Of a stretch of DNA of 64,000 nucleotides, positions 40,159-49,015 are shown one piece after another; the stretch's first letter is position 1, and every line of letters starts with the position of its first letter. This stretch comes from Lachnospiraceae bacterium. Its GTDB lineage: Bacteria > Bacillota > Clostridia > Lachnospirales > Lachnospiraceae. The notes under the pieces are model-generated. The model saw nothing but the letters and a program-made list of their open reading frames with translations, did not search any database and was not told where the DNA came from. The stretch spans positions 4,354 through 68,353 of the forward strand of contig SVFQ01000009.1 of assembly GCA_015056765.1 (NCBI GenBank), given 5' to 3'. A program made the position numbers and the translations under genes.

Positions 40159-40170
40159 ATTTTAGACAGC

Positions 40171-40200
40171 AAAAGCCGGGTGCTCTCGCACCCGGCTTTT
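40171..40200 (-). terminator. Terminator of the GGDEF-EAL gene
   Basis: AAAAGCCGGGTG-CTCTCG-CACCCGGCTTTT, immediately after the stop codon (40200-40202). A and T runs lie on both sides. Confidence 0.8.
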
Positions 40201-42668
40201 TATCCTTCCACTAATAAATCCTCTGCTAAATATTGTCTTTCGTTATTCACGTGGCCTTCTATTTCGCTAAACGGTATAGGTTTTGCGTAATAGTAGCCTT
40301 GAAGTTTCTCACAGCCCAACGCTTTCATGAACTCCATCTGGGCCTTGGTTTCCACGCCTTCTGCTAAGGTATGTAAGCCAAGTTTCTCTGCCATCTTGAT
40401 GATAGAGTCCAGGATGATGCCGGCCTTTTCGTTTTCTTCGTACTCTCGTAAGAAACTCATATCGATTTTCAAGGTATCGAAATCGAAGTTTTTCAAGTTG
40501 CCGAGAGAAGAGTATCCGGAACCAAAGTCATCCATCCAAACCTCGTATCCCGCTGCTCGGAATTTCTCTAATTCCGATCTAAGGAAATCCTGATCATTAA
40601 AGAAGGCACTTTCCGTGACTTCGATGTGGAGGTCATTTACTGCAATGCGGTATTGCTTTCGAAGTCTCTCGATTTCATCAAAGATTTCACATAACTGGAA
40701 ATCCAGTCTGGATAAGTTGATAGAAACAGGAAGTGACTTGATGCCATGGAATTTCAGTATCTCAATATTTTTACAAACCTGCTCAATGATAGCCAAATCC
40801 AGTTTGTGAATCAGATGTGCATCCTCCAGTACCGGCACAAATTCATTTGGTCCAATCATGCCTTTCTCCGGATCCACCCATCTTGCCAGTACTTCTGCTT
40901 CGCAGACTTTTTCATCGCTGCTTCGTACCACAGCCTGATAATACGGCTGAATAAAACCATTCTGAATCGCATGATCGAAATGGGTCAGTACATACTCTTT
41001 GATAGAAAGAGATGCCTCTAATTCCTGATCATAAACCTTAATCTTGCTATCGTATTTATCCCGAATACTGTCACAAGCAGCTCTTGCATGATCGATCATG
41101 ATACCCAGGTCTTCCCCGGCCTTCATATATTCGATACCTGCCGGGAGACGCACCATGACTTCCGCTTCACGTTGATTCAGCATACCTTGCAATCTGGCGA
41201 TTCGATTCTCCAACCCTTCCTTGTGATCCATTACCACGAAGTGATCGTCATGGAATCTGGTAATGTAACTGGTATTGAAGATTTCCCTCATGGCATTGGC
41301 GATAGACTGCAAAAGCTTATCCCCTTCATAGAATCCGTACTTTTTGTTATAGACTTTTAGATTCTCTAAGTTAAAACATACCAGCGCGTATTCTTCTATG
41401 GCATCCTCATAATCCACGATTGCGTTTTGTACCAGGGTACGGAACTGCATAATGGTAGCTAGTCCTGTCAAATCATCCTTGGTATTGGAACGAATCTTTG
41501 TAATCTGTTCCGGCGCATCGTGTTCCACGCTTTCTCCATTATGATAGGGCCTACCGCTGGACATATTCTTACCATTTTGCTTGGATTCATACATCATCTT
41601 ATCTGCCACAGAAATCATATCAATGATTTCTTCCTCAGACTTAGCCACGCCAAAGGTATATCCGCAGGAACTGGTATAATATACTTCTCTATTATCAATA
41701 CGAAGGCTTCGATCCTCCAGTCCCCAGATACCTACGATTTTTTCCGCATTATTGCCGGGGTAAATCGGCATCAAAATGACAAACTCATCTCCACCGTAGC
41801 GGAAACTGTTTCTAGAAGAAAAGCAGTGCTCCATGGATGTGGCAAACTGCTTTAACACTTCATCGCCTACCTTGTGTCCATAGGTATCATTAAAATGCTT
41901 AAAGTCATCTACGTCCACCAGCATAACCAGCAGTTTCTTGCCTATATATTCATTCATATCCAGCTTCAAAGCATAACGGTTCTTCAAACCGGTAAGTTCA
42001 TCATAAAGGGATATCTTCTGAATACTGTCATTTTTCACAGCGGAATTTCGAAGATTTGTGTACTTCAGTACACAGTCAAAGATTAAGACAACCCAAATAA
42101 TAATCCACCAAATCGGGCGGATTCTTTCCCAGGGATGTCTAATACGAATAGTCAAATAGAACGCCAAAAAATAAAAGCTACTTGTATAGATGGCTACATA
42201 GGGCTGCACATAGAAAAGTCCATAGGCAATCACTTCTATAACAATAAACACGGTAGCCTTACGCCAGGGATCCTGTCCGCAATATCCTACGCCCACGCCC
42301 AAAAGTCCAAGTGCTGCAGTCTCTACATTAATAATGTAAAGTGCAGCTTTATGTCCAACCATTTCTATACGGTATAAAAGCGAGATTACAAACAAAGTAA
42401 CTGTAGCAACTGAAGCAATGGTCAGACACTCATAAAAAAAGTATCTGTCAAGACTTCCCACCGAGCTGGTTACCAAGATACCAAAAAACTGGCTTCGCTT
42501 CCACATAGTGTAATAACTGTGTAACTCTGCAGCCAGAAAAAATAGCGCAGCAATCATACCGATACGCATATTGGTGCGGTCGATTTCTGCGAGTACAGAA
42601 TTTACTTCCCACTGTGGATGTAATTGATCTCTGATGATTTCGATTCTGTTTTTAATTTTTGCCCACAT
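40200..42668 (-). CDS. Membrane-anchored GGDEF - degenerate GGDEF - EAL protein
   Basis: About 6 N-terminal TM helices. First GGDEF is intact (RYGGDEFV) and the second is degenerate (FHDDHFVV). EAL motifs are intact (EVLARW, EVTES, DDFGSGYSSL, EGVE, QGYYYAKP). Confidence 0.88.
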   Translation of the reverse strand: MWAKIKNRIEIIRDQLHPQWEVNSVLAEIDRTNMRIGMIAALFFLAAELHSYYTMWKRSQFFGILVTSSVGSLDRYFFYECLTIASVATVTLFVISLLYRIEMVGHKAALYIINVETAALGLLGVGVGYCGQDPWRKATVFIVIEVIAYGLFYVQPYVAIYTSSFYFLAFYLTIRIRHPWERIRPIWWIIIWVVLIFDCVLKYTNLRNSAVKNDSIQKISLYDELTGLKNRYALKLDMNEYIGKKLLVMLVDVDDFKHFNDTYGHKVGDEVLKQFATSMEHCFSSRNSFRYGGDEFVILMPIYPGNNAEKIVGIWGLEDRSLRIDNREVYYTSSCGYTFGVAKSEEEIIDMISVADKMMYESKQNGKNMSSGRPYHNGESVEHDAPEQITKIRSNTKDDLTGLATIMQFRTLVQNAIVDYEDAIEEYALVCFNLENLKVYNKKYGFYEGDKLLQSIANAMREIFNTSYITRFHDDHFVVMDHKEGLENRIARLQGMLNQREAEVMVRLPAGIEYMKAGEDLGIMIDHARAACDSIRDKYDSKIKVYDQELEASLSIKEYVLTHFDHAIQNGFIQPYYQAVVRSSDEKVCEAEVLARWVDPEKGMIGPNEFVPVLEDAHLIHKLDLAIIEQVCKNIEILKFHGIKSLPVSINLSRLDFQLCEIFDEIERLRKQYRIAVNDLHIEVTESAFFNDQDFLRSELEKFRAAGYEVWMDDFGSGYSSLGNLKNFDFDTLKIDMSFLREYEENEKAGIILDSIIKMAEKLGLHTLAEGVETKAQMEFMKALGCEKLQGYYYAKPIPFSEIEGHVNNERQYLAEDLLVEG

Positions 42669-42726
42669 ACTTACTCCCTCACATTTCCCCCACTCATTAT
42701 ACTATGCTTCTGCCTCCTGCTACAAC

Positions 42727-42762
42727 GAAAAAAAGACCGCAAGAGTAGTTTTCTTGCGGCCT
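42727..42762 (-). terminator. Terminator after pflA
   Basis: Minus strand reads GGCCGCAAGA-AAACTAC-TCTTGCGGTC followed by T7. Confidence 0.75.
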
Positions 42763-42767
42763 TACGG

Positions 42768-43520
42768 CTAGTTTTTATAACCTGTATATTCTGCTGTGTG
42801 TAAAAGGTCGTTAGCCTTCTGAATAGTTTCCTGATCAGGAATCTCTACATCTTTGAATCGATAGGGGATTCCATATTTCTCATACTTGGTAATGGCCATA
42901 GCATGATAAGGCAGAACCTCTACACGCTGTACATTGGATAATGTCTTAATAAAGGCATCCAGTCTGGTTAGGCTGTCCTCATCTGCTGTATATCCCGGAA
43001 CCAATACGTGACGAATCCAGATAGGTTTCTGAATCTCATCCAGGTAATGGAACATATCCAGGATATTCGTATTGGTCTTGCCGGTCAAATCTAAATGCTT
43101 TTCATTATCGATATGCTTTACATCTACCAGCAGCAGATCAGTGACTTCCATCAATTCTTTAAACATACCAAAGAAGGGCTCTTCTCTGGTAAAAGGTGCT
43201 CCGGCAGTATCGATACAAGTATGTACCCCTTTTGCCTTTGCCAGCTTAAAAAGCTCAATCAGAAAATCAATCTGTGCCAATGGTTCGCCACCACTTACTG
43301 TGATACCGCCACCATTTTTCCAATAGTTTTTGAAACGAAACGCTTTCTGGAAGGCTGCTTCCGCAGTCATCACTTCTCCGCCTTCCGTCATACTCCAGGT
43401 CTCCGGATTATGGCAGTATCCGCATCGAAGTGGACATCCCTGCATAAAAAAGATAAATCTAACGCCGGGACCGTCTACGGAACCAAATGTTTCAACTGTA
43501 TTAATGCGTCCTTCGATCAT
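42768..43520 (-). CDS. pflA: Pyruvate formate-lyase activating enzyme (radical SAM)
   Basis: MIEGRINTVETFGSVDGPGVRF... and CPLRCGYCHN (CxxxCxxC). Start set at the internal ATG with RBS AAAGGAG. The ORF-track GTG start at 43580 is unlikely. Confidence 0.9.
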   Translation of the reverse strand: MIEGRINTVETFGSVDGPGVRFIFFMQGCPLRCGYCHNPETWSMTEGGEVMTAEAAFQKAFRFKNYWKNGGGITVSGGEPLAQIDFLIELFKLAKAKGVHTCIDTAGAPFTREEPFFGMFKELMEVTDLLLVDVKHIDNEKHLDLTGKTNTNILDMFHYLDEIQKPIWIRHVLVPGYTADEDSLTRLDAFIKTLSNVQRVEVLPYHAMAITKYEKYGIPYRFKDVEIPDQETIQKANDLLHTAEYTGYKN

Positions 43521-43539
43521 GGGACTCCTTTCTATAAAG

Positions 43540-43576
43540 ACAGCTTCGGCACCGGTTTTCACCGATGCCGAAAAAG
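43540..43576 (-). promoter_or_regulatory. Intercistronic hairpin between pflB and pflA
   Basis: TTCGGCA...TGCCGAA, with an inner imperfect stem CCGGT/ACCGA (one mismatch). No long U-run. Plausibly a partial terminator or processing site. Coordinates are +/-2 nt. Confidence 0.4.
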
Positions 43577-43583
43577 TCACAAA

Positions 43584-45836
43584 TTAAAGTGCACTATGGA
43601 ATGTACGACTAATTACGTCAAGCTGCTGCTCACGAGTTAAGTTGATGAACTTAACAGCGTAACCGGATACACGGATTGTGAAGTTAGCATATTCAGGTTT
43701 TTCTGGGTGCTCCATAGCATCTTCCAGTTTTTCTTTACCAAATACGTTTACGTTCAGGTGGTGTGCACCCTGATCGAAGTAACCATCAAGTACGTTTACA
43801 AGGTTGTTCTTTCTCTCTTCGTCGTCATGACCAAGTGCGGATGGGTTCATGGTCTGAGTATTGGAGATACCGTCCAGTGCCCATTCGTAAGGTAATTTAG
43901 CAACAGAGTTCAGAGAAGCTAAGAGACCATTCTGTTCTGCACCGTATGCTGGGTTAGCACCTGGAGCGAATGGAGTCCATGCTCTACGTCCATCAGGAAG
44001 GTTACCTGTGAACTTACCATAAACAACGTTAGAAGTAATGGTAAGGATAGAAGTAGTAGGTTCGGAATCTCTGTAAGTGTGTCTCTTCTTGATGTCTTCA
44101 AGGAAGGTGTGAAGAAGCCATACACCGATTTCATCAGCGCGGTCATCATCGTTACCATATCTAGGGAAGTCACCTTCGATTTCGAAATCAGTTGCAAGAC
44201 CGTCTTCGTCACGAATTACTTTTACTTTTGCATATTTGATAGCGGACAGAGAGTCAATTACGTGAGAGAAACCAGCGATACCGGTAGCAAATGTACGTCT
44301 TACGTCAGTATCGATCAGAGCCATCTCTGCTGCTTCATAGTAGTATTTATCATGCATATACTGGATCAGGTTCAGTACGTTTACATACAGGCCTGCTAAC
44401 CAATCAAGCATAACTTCGTATTTTTTGATTACTTCATCATAGTCTAAGTACTCGGAAGTAATTGGTGCGTATGCAGGTGCAACCTGCTCTTTGAACTTCT
44501 CATCGATACCACCGTTGATAGCGTAAAGAAGACATTTAGCAAGGTTTGCTCTAGCACCGAAGAACTGCATTTCTTTACCTGTCTGAGTAGCGGATACGCA
44601 GCAGCAAATGCTGTAGTCATCGCCCCAAACAACTTTCATAACATCATCGTTCTCATACTGGATGGAAGATGTAGTTACGGAAATCTTAGCAGCATATTTC
44701 TTGAAGTTGTCCTGTAATCTGGATGTGTACAGTACAGTCAAGTTTGGTTCTGGGGAAGGTCCCATGTTCTCTAATGTGTGAAGGAAACGATAGTCGTTCT
44801 TTGTTACCATGCTACGACCGTCGAGACCTGTACCACCTACTTCAAGAGTAGCCCATACTGGGTCACCGGAGAATAATTCGTTGTAGGAAGTAATACGAGC
44901 GAACTTAACCATACGGAACTTCATGGTCATGTGGTCGATTAATTCCTGAGCCTGTTCCTCTGTAAGGATACCAGCCTTTAAGTCTCTCTCGATATAGATA
45001 TCAAGGAATGTGGAGATACGTCCTACGGACATAGCAGCACCGTTCTGAGTCTTGATAGCTGCTAAGTAACCGAAGTATAACCACTGTACAGCTTCTTTAG
45101 CGTTCTTTGCAGGAGCAGAGATATCATAGCCATAGATCTTAGCCATTTCTTTCATGCCCTGAAGAGCTCTGATCTGCTCGGAGATTTCTTCTCTCTGACG
45201 AATGATGTGATCCATCATTGTACCGTCACCGCAGTTCTCTAAGTCTTTTTTCTTCATGTCGATCAGGATATCGATACCGTACAGAGCAACACGACGATAG
45301 TCGCCTACGATACGTCCACGACCATAAGTATCAGGAAGACCTGTTACGATGTGAGTATGACGAGCAGCTCTCATCTCAGGTGTGTAAGCATCAAATACTG
45401 CCTGGTTGTGAGTTTTGTGATATTCTGTAAAGATTTTGTGTAATTCCGGATCTGGTTCATAACCGTAGTTCTTGCAAGATTCTTCAGCCATCTTGATACC
45501 ACCGTATGGCATGAATGCTCTCTTAAGAGGCTTATCGGTCTGAAGACCTACAACCTGCTCTAAGTCTTTCATAGACTCATCGATGTATCCAGGGCCATAA
45601 GCTGTAAGGCTGGAAACGATCTTTGTTTCCATATCCAGAACGCCACCCTTTTCTCTTTCTTCTTTCTGAAGTTCCTGAAGTCTGCCCCAAAGTTTGTTTG
45701 TTGCTTCGGTAGGACCTGCTAAGAAGCTTTCATCACCATCATATGGTGTGTAGTTGTTATGGATGAAATCACGAACATTGATTTCTTCTTTCCAAAGTCT
45801 ACCTTCGAAACCGTTCCACTGTTCTCTTTCTAACAT
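43584..45836 (-). CDS. pflB: Pyruvate formate-lyase (glycyl radical enzyme)
   Basis: 750 aa with the C-terminal glycyl-radical motif [12 protein letters not shown] and the active-site CC (SICCCVS). Confidence 0.95.
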   Translation of the reverse strand: MLEREQWNGFEGRLWKEEINVRDFIHNNYTPYDGDESFLAGPTEATNKLWGRLQELQKEEREKGGVLDMETKIVSSLTAYGPGYIDESMKDLEQVVGLQTDKPLKRAFMPYGGIKMAEESCKNYGYEPDPELHKIFTEYHKTHNQAVFDAYTPEMRAARHTHIVTGLPDTYGRGRIVGDYRRVALYGIDILIDMKKKDLENCGDGTMMDHIIRQREEISEQIRALQGMKEMAKIYGYDISAPAKNAKEAVQWLYFGYLAAIKTQNGAAMSVGRISTFLDIYIERDLKAGILTEEQAQELIDHMTMKFRMVKFARITSYNELFSGDPVWATLEVGGTGLDGRSMVTKNDYRFLHTLENMGPSPEPNLTVLYTSRLQDNFKKYAAKISVTTSSIQYENDDVMKVVWGDDYSICCCVSATQTGKEMQFFGARANLAKCLLYAINGGIDEKFKEQVAPAYAPITSEYLDYDEVIKKYEVMLDWLAGLYVNVLNLIQYMHDKYYYEAAEMALIDTDVRRTFATGIAGFSHVIDSLSAIKYAKVKVIRDEDGLATDFEIEGDFPRYGNDDDRADEIGVWLLHTFLEDIKKRHTYRDSEPTTSILTITSNVVYGKFTGNLPDGRRAWTPFAPGANPAYGAEQNGLLASLNSVAKLPYEWALDGISNTQTMNPSALGHDDEERKNNLVNVLDGYFDQGAHHLNVNVFGKEKLEDAMEHPEKPEYANFTIRVSGYAVKFINLTREQQLDVISRTFHSAL

Positions 45837-45938
45837 GGAATTTCCTCCTTTAAAAATATATGTGAATTGTTACTTACTGTTTGTCAAAGAAATAACAAAT
45901 TCTTTGTCAATTCAAAATGTAGCATATTGTATACAAGA

Positions 45939-45956
45939 GTGTCAACGAATTCACAA
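45939..45956. promoter_or_regulatory. Rex-like (redox repressor) operator candidate upstream of pflB
   Basis: The minus strand reads TTGTGAATTCGTTGACAC against my remembered consensus TTGTGAAnnnnTTCACAA. One half-site is perfect and the other has 2 mismatches. Confidence 0.25.
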
Positions 45957-46009
45957 TCTTGTACTTAATTTTGTACACCCTTGTTTTTGATTAGATACAA
46001 TCGCACATG

Positions 46010-46717
46010 TTATGCTTTTGGCTTCCGGATTCCAAGGAAGCAAATCATTTCTGCTTTGCCTTTTACGCCTAGATTCCTCATCATTTCCTGCAGGTTCAGA
46101 TAACTTTCCTTGGTGCCTGCATTGTGAGCCCTCAGTCTGCCATCTTTCCCCTTGGTGATGCACACCGTATGTATCATGTCACTGAGTCTTTTCCTATTAT
46201 TATAAAATGTCATAATATAGACATCCGTGGTCTTGATGATGCGCAGAGTTTCCTGCTGGTTCATGGTCATATAGGTACGATATCCCAGTTCATCAAAATA
46301 AGAAGAGAGACTTCTTGGATCAATGCCAAACTCACCTGCCAGGGCCACACCTCTTTTTTCGAAGTAAGTAATAATAGAAGGTAATGCCTTAAAGAAACCG
46401 CCCTCCGGATTCAGATGGCTCATGGCATTATACACAGCTATGGTCTCACAGCCGCAAAAAGAAAGCGGGTAAGCGCCAAGCTTCATATCCTGCATTCTTT
46501 CCTGATGCTCTATGAAGCCTCCATCTAACGCCACATCCGCCAAATGTTCTTCAAATCTTTCCGTGTTTTCCCTTTGATTTCCTGCAATGACTTTATTCTT
46601 ATTATAAATTCCAAAGCCGGTATGTTTCCCTACCGGAAGGGTTATCCATATTCCTTTTGACGCAATACTGCGGAGGATTCCCATCCCCCGCAGCAGCCAT
46701 TTATCTTTTATTCTCAT
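46010..46717 (-). CDS. Papain-fold (C39-like) cysteine peptidase/amidase candidate
   Basis: Cys in SFCGCETIAVYNAM and His in DMIHTVCITK fit a CG...H papain-like dyad. ATG at 46717 with GGAG 8 nt upstream (the ORF-track start is a TTG). The function is inference. Confidence 0.4.
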   Translation of the reverse strand: MRIKDKWLLRGMGILRSIASKGIWITLPVGKHTGFGIYNKNKVIAGNQRENTERFEEHLADVALDGGFIEHQERMQDMKLGAYPLSFCGCETIAVYNAMSHLNPEGGFFKALPSIITYFEKRGVALAGEFGIDPRSLSSYFDELGYRTYMTMNQQETLRIIKTTDVYIMTFYNNRKRLSDMIHTVCITKGKDGRLRAHNAGTKESYLNLQEMMRNLGVKGKAEMICFLGIRKPKA

Positions 46718-46735
46718 GTCCAAACTCCGTACTTG

Positions 46736-49000
46736 CTACTGCTTTAGTACCTCTGTCCAGTATTCGTTTCCATAAATATCCGTAAATACATAGGTGATTC
46801 TGGCCTTCTGACCATCTAATCTACCATTGGCAATTCTCATACCATCGTGATAGGTAAGCTGCTCGCCCAATGGATAGGTGTCCTGATAGTTGCCTTCGTA
46901 ATCATAGTAGTCGCAGATGAAATCTAGGGTATCCCCTTCCTGTAATTCATCTACCGCTTTCGCGACTGCTTCTGTCTCTCCGTCATGATAGTCGTATCTA
47001 GCTCCGGCGATATAGCCTTCTTCATGGTCCTGATCAAATACCAGAATCAGGTTGACTCTCTCTCCATTTAAAAGAGCCGGTACGCGTCCTGTAATGGTAT
47101 AATCCTCTCCGTTTTCCACAGTGGTCTCATGATAATAAGCTACCACCTGTCCATCTATGGTAAGCCAGGTATAATCTAAATCCGGTAAAAGGTTTCCATC
47201 TTCATCGAAGTCATATAAGTTATCCAGACCCAAATCCAGATAGCCTTCCCCATCATCGTAGAACAGATTCTGGTCTACCTTGTTCACCAGTTTCCAGTTG
47301 TCCTCACTCATGGAGATGCAAATCCGGTTGTCTTCGTGATTATTGTAAGCCCAGGTAAGTTCCGAAGCATCGAACTGATTCTCTGCTACGTAAGCTTTCA
47401 CGGCCTCTAGGTCCACGGATTCATCGCTCAAGAAGGCAAATCTATCACTGCTCATAGATAGGAAGCTGGTCAAAAGCTGTCCTAACATTTCTTCTGTGAC
47501 GATACCACCGGTTCCTGTCCCCAAAAGGCTGGATACCGGGCTATTCTCTCCACCGGTAGCCACCTGACCTACGGTTTGTAAGGACGCCACTTTCCGAACT
47601 GCATCTGTGTATTCATCATCCATGCCGATGACATCATAGGTCTGTACTGCAGAATCCACATATTTTCTATTCTGTCCCGGGAAATATATGGACAGGCCAT
47701 AGGCATTGCTGATGCTGGATGAAGTTCGATTGTACTTCACAGCACCCTTTACCGCTTCTGCCAGTTTTTTGCCTTCAGTAGTTCCCATATTTTCAGCCAG
47801 ATGCACTAAGTCCACCTGGTCGATTTTGGAGCTCACCGCAAATTCTCTTGTTTTGTTTCTTGCGGAGCTGATGGTTGTAAATTCCTTTTTATCCAGTAAA
47901 TCTGTAATGGATTTGGAGAATGCTGTCATGTGCTGTGGTACTGTATGCTTTAGCTCTGCTAAATCCACTACAGATAATGTAGTCTTCTGACCGCGGCACT
48001 TCTGATTACATACATCCACGAAATCATCTACGATATTTTGCCCGATTTCAATGGTGGGCATGGATGTATTCTCCGCATATCTGCTCATCCAGTTTGTGTA
48101 ATACCAGCCCACACCGGGTTCCGTTTCCTCAGAAGCGATGAGGTAATCCGCGAACTCATCCAGCATTAACGCATTTTCCATGGTAGCCATAAGGCAGGTA
48201 TCAAATCCGATAAAATCAAAGGTAACCCCAGCATCTTTTAGTGCTTTTTGGATTCCCACCAAATTCATGGAACCTTTATTTTTGTTCTTTTCATCGTACC
48301 CATATCCACTGACGGAACCGCCGCCATGATCCCAAAGAATCAGGTTGGTTCTATTGGATGGATAGTTCTGATTGGCATATTTGATAAATTCCGTTAGAGT
48401 GGCCGGATCTGTCATAGCTCCGTTGCCTGCATCTTCTACCAGCAATTCCAGGCCGCCGTCTTTCACGCGATAGATTTGGTTTTTGCTGCTACTAACCACA
48501 TTGTTTTTCCAGGAAGCACATCCACCGGTATATACGATGACATTCATCTTCTCAGAAGACTTTGCTGCTACCATTTCCTGTAAGTCACTGGTGGCCATAC
48601 CGCTTCTGGACTCCAGATCTGTGCCACACAAATAAACCATGATGGTTACCTGGTCCTGACCATCCCCAAGAATTTGGGTTCGTTTGGCTCTACTGCCTTC
48701 TGCCACCGTCCGGTCCAGTTCCCCGCGTTTTGCACTGGCACTGGTGTCTGTCCAGCTATGGCTTTGTATGCTTTGCTGTTCCATATATGGATTTGAGGAA
48801 CCTCCAAGCAAAGTGCTTAAGAGTCCTCCGCCTCCACCACCGCCCAGAAGTAGTACGGCAATGGCAATGATGAGTTTCATTTTAAAAGAACCACCTGAGC
48901 GTTCTCCACCGCCACTACTTGTACCAGATGGTCTGCGATAAAGTCCTGTTGCATTTCCCTCTACGTGTTTTTTTCGTGCTCTTGGTCTATTCTGTTCCAT
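46736..49000 (-). CDS. Membrane-anchored clostripain-family (peptidase C11) protease with a large C-terminal extension
   Basis: Basic/Gly-rich cytoplasmic N-terminus and one TM helix. C11 His (LILWDHGGGSVSGYG) and Cys (IGFDTCLMATMEN) motifs. 754 aa. Confidence 0.8.
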   Translation of the reverse strand: MEQNRPRARKKHVEGNATGLYRRPSGTSSGGGERSGGSFKMKLIIAIAVLLLGGGGGGGLLSTLLGGSSNPYMEQQSIQSHSWTDTSASAKRGELDRTVAEGSRAKRTQILGDGQDQVTIMVYLCGTDLESRSGMATSDLQEMVAAKSSEKMNVIVYTGGCASWKNNVVSSSKNQIYRVKDGGLELLVEDAGNGAMTDPATLTEFIKYANQNYPSNRTNLILWDHGGGSVSGYGYDEKNKNKGSMNLVGIQKALKDAGVTFDFIGFDTCLMATMENALMLDEFADYLIASEETEPGVGWYYTNWMSRYAENTSMPTIEIGQNIVDDFVDVCNQKCRGQKTTLSVVDLAELKHTVPQHMTAFSKSITDLLDKKEFTTISSARNKTREFAVSSKIDQVDLVHLAENMGTTEGKKLAEAVKGAVKYNRTSSSISNAYGLSIYFPGQNRKYVDSAVQTYDVIGMDDEYTDAVRKVASLQTVGQVATGGENSPVSSLLGTGTGGIVTEEMLGQLLTSFLSMSSDRFAFLSDESVDLEAVKAYVAENQFDASELTWAYNNHEDNRICISMSEDNWKLVNKVDQNLFYDDGEGYLDLGLDNLYDFDEDGNLLPDLDYTWLTIDGQVVAYYHETTVENGEDYTITGRVPALLNGERVNLILVFDQDHEEGYIAGARYDYHDGETEAVAKAVDELQEGDTLDFICDYYDYEGNYQDTYPLGEQLTYHDGMRIANGRLDGQKARITYVFTDIYGNEYWTEVLKQ

Positions 49001-49015
49001 TCTTCCTGTCTCTTT

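Noticed and set aside
45880-45910. Twin TTGACAAA boxes (minus strand) upstream of pflB as tandem -35 elements
   Set aside because: Neither has a credible -10 hexamer at 16-18 nt, so I left them uninterpreted. They are mentioned under the Rex candidate.
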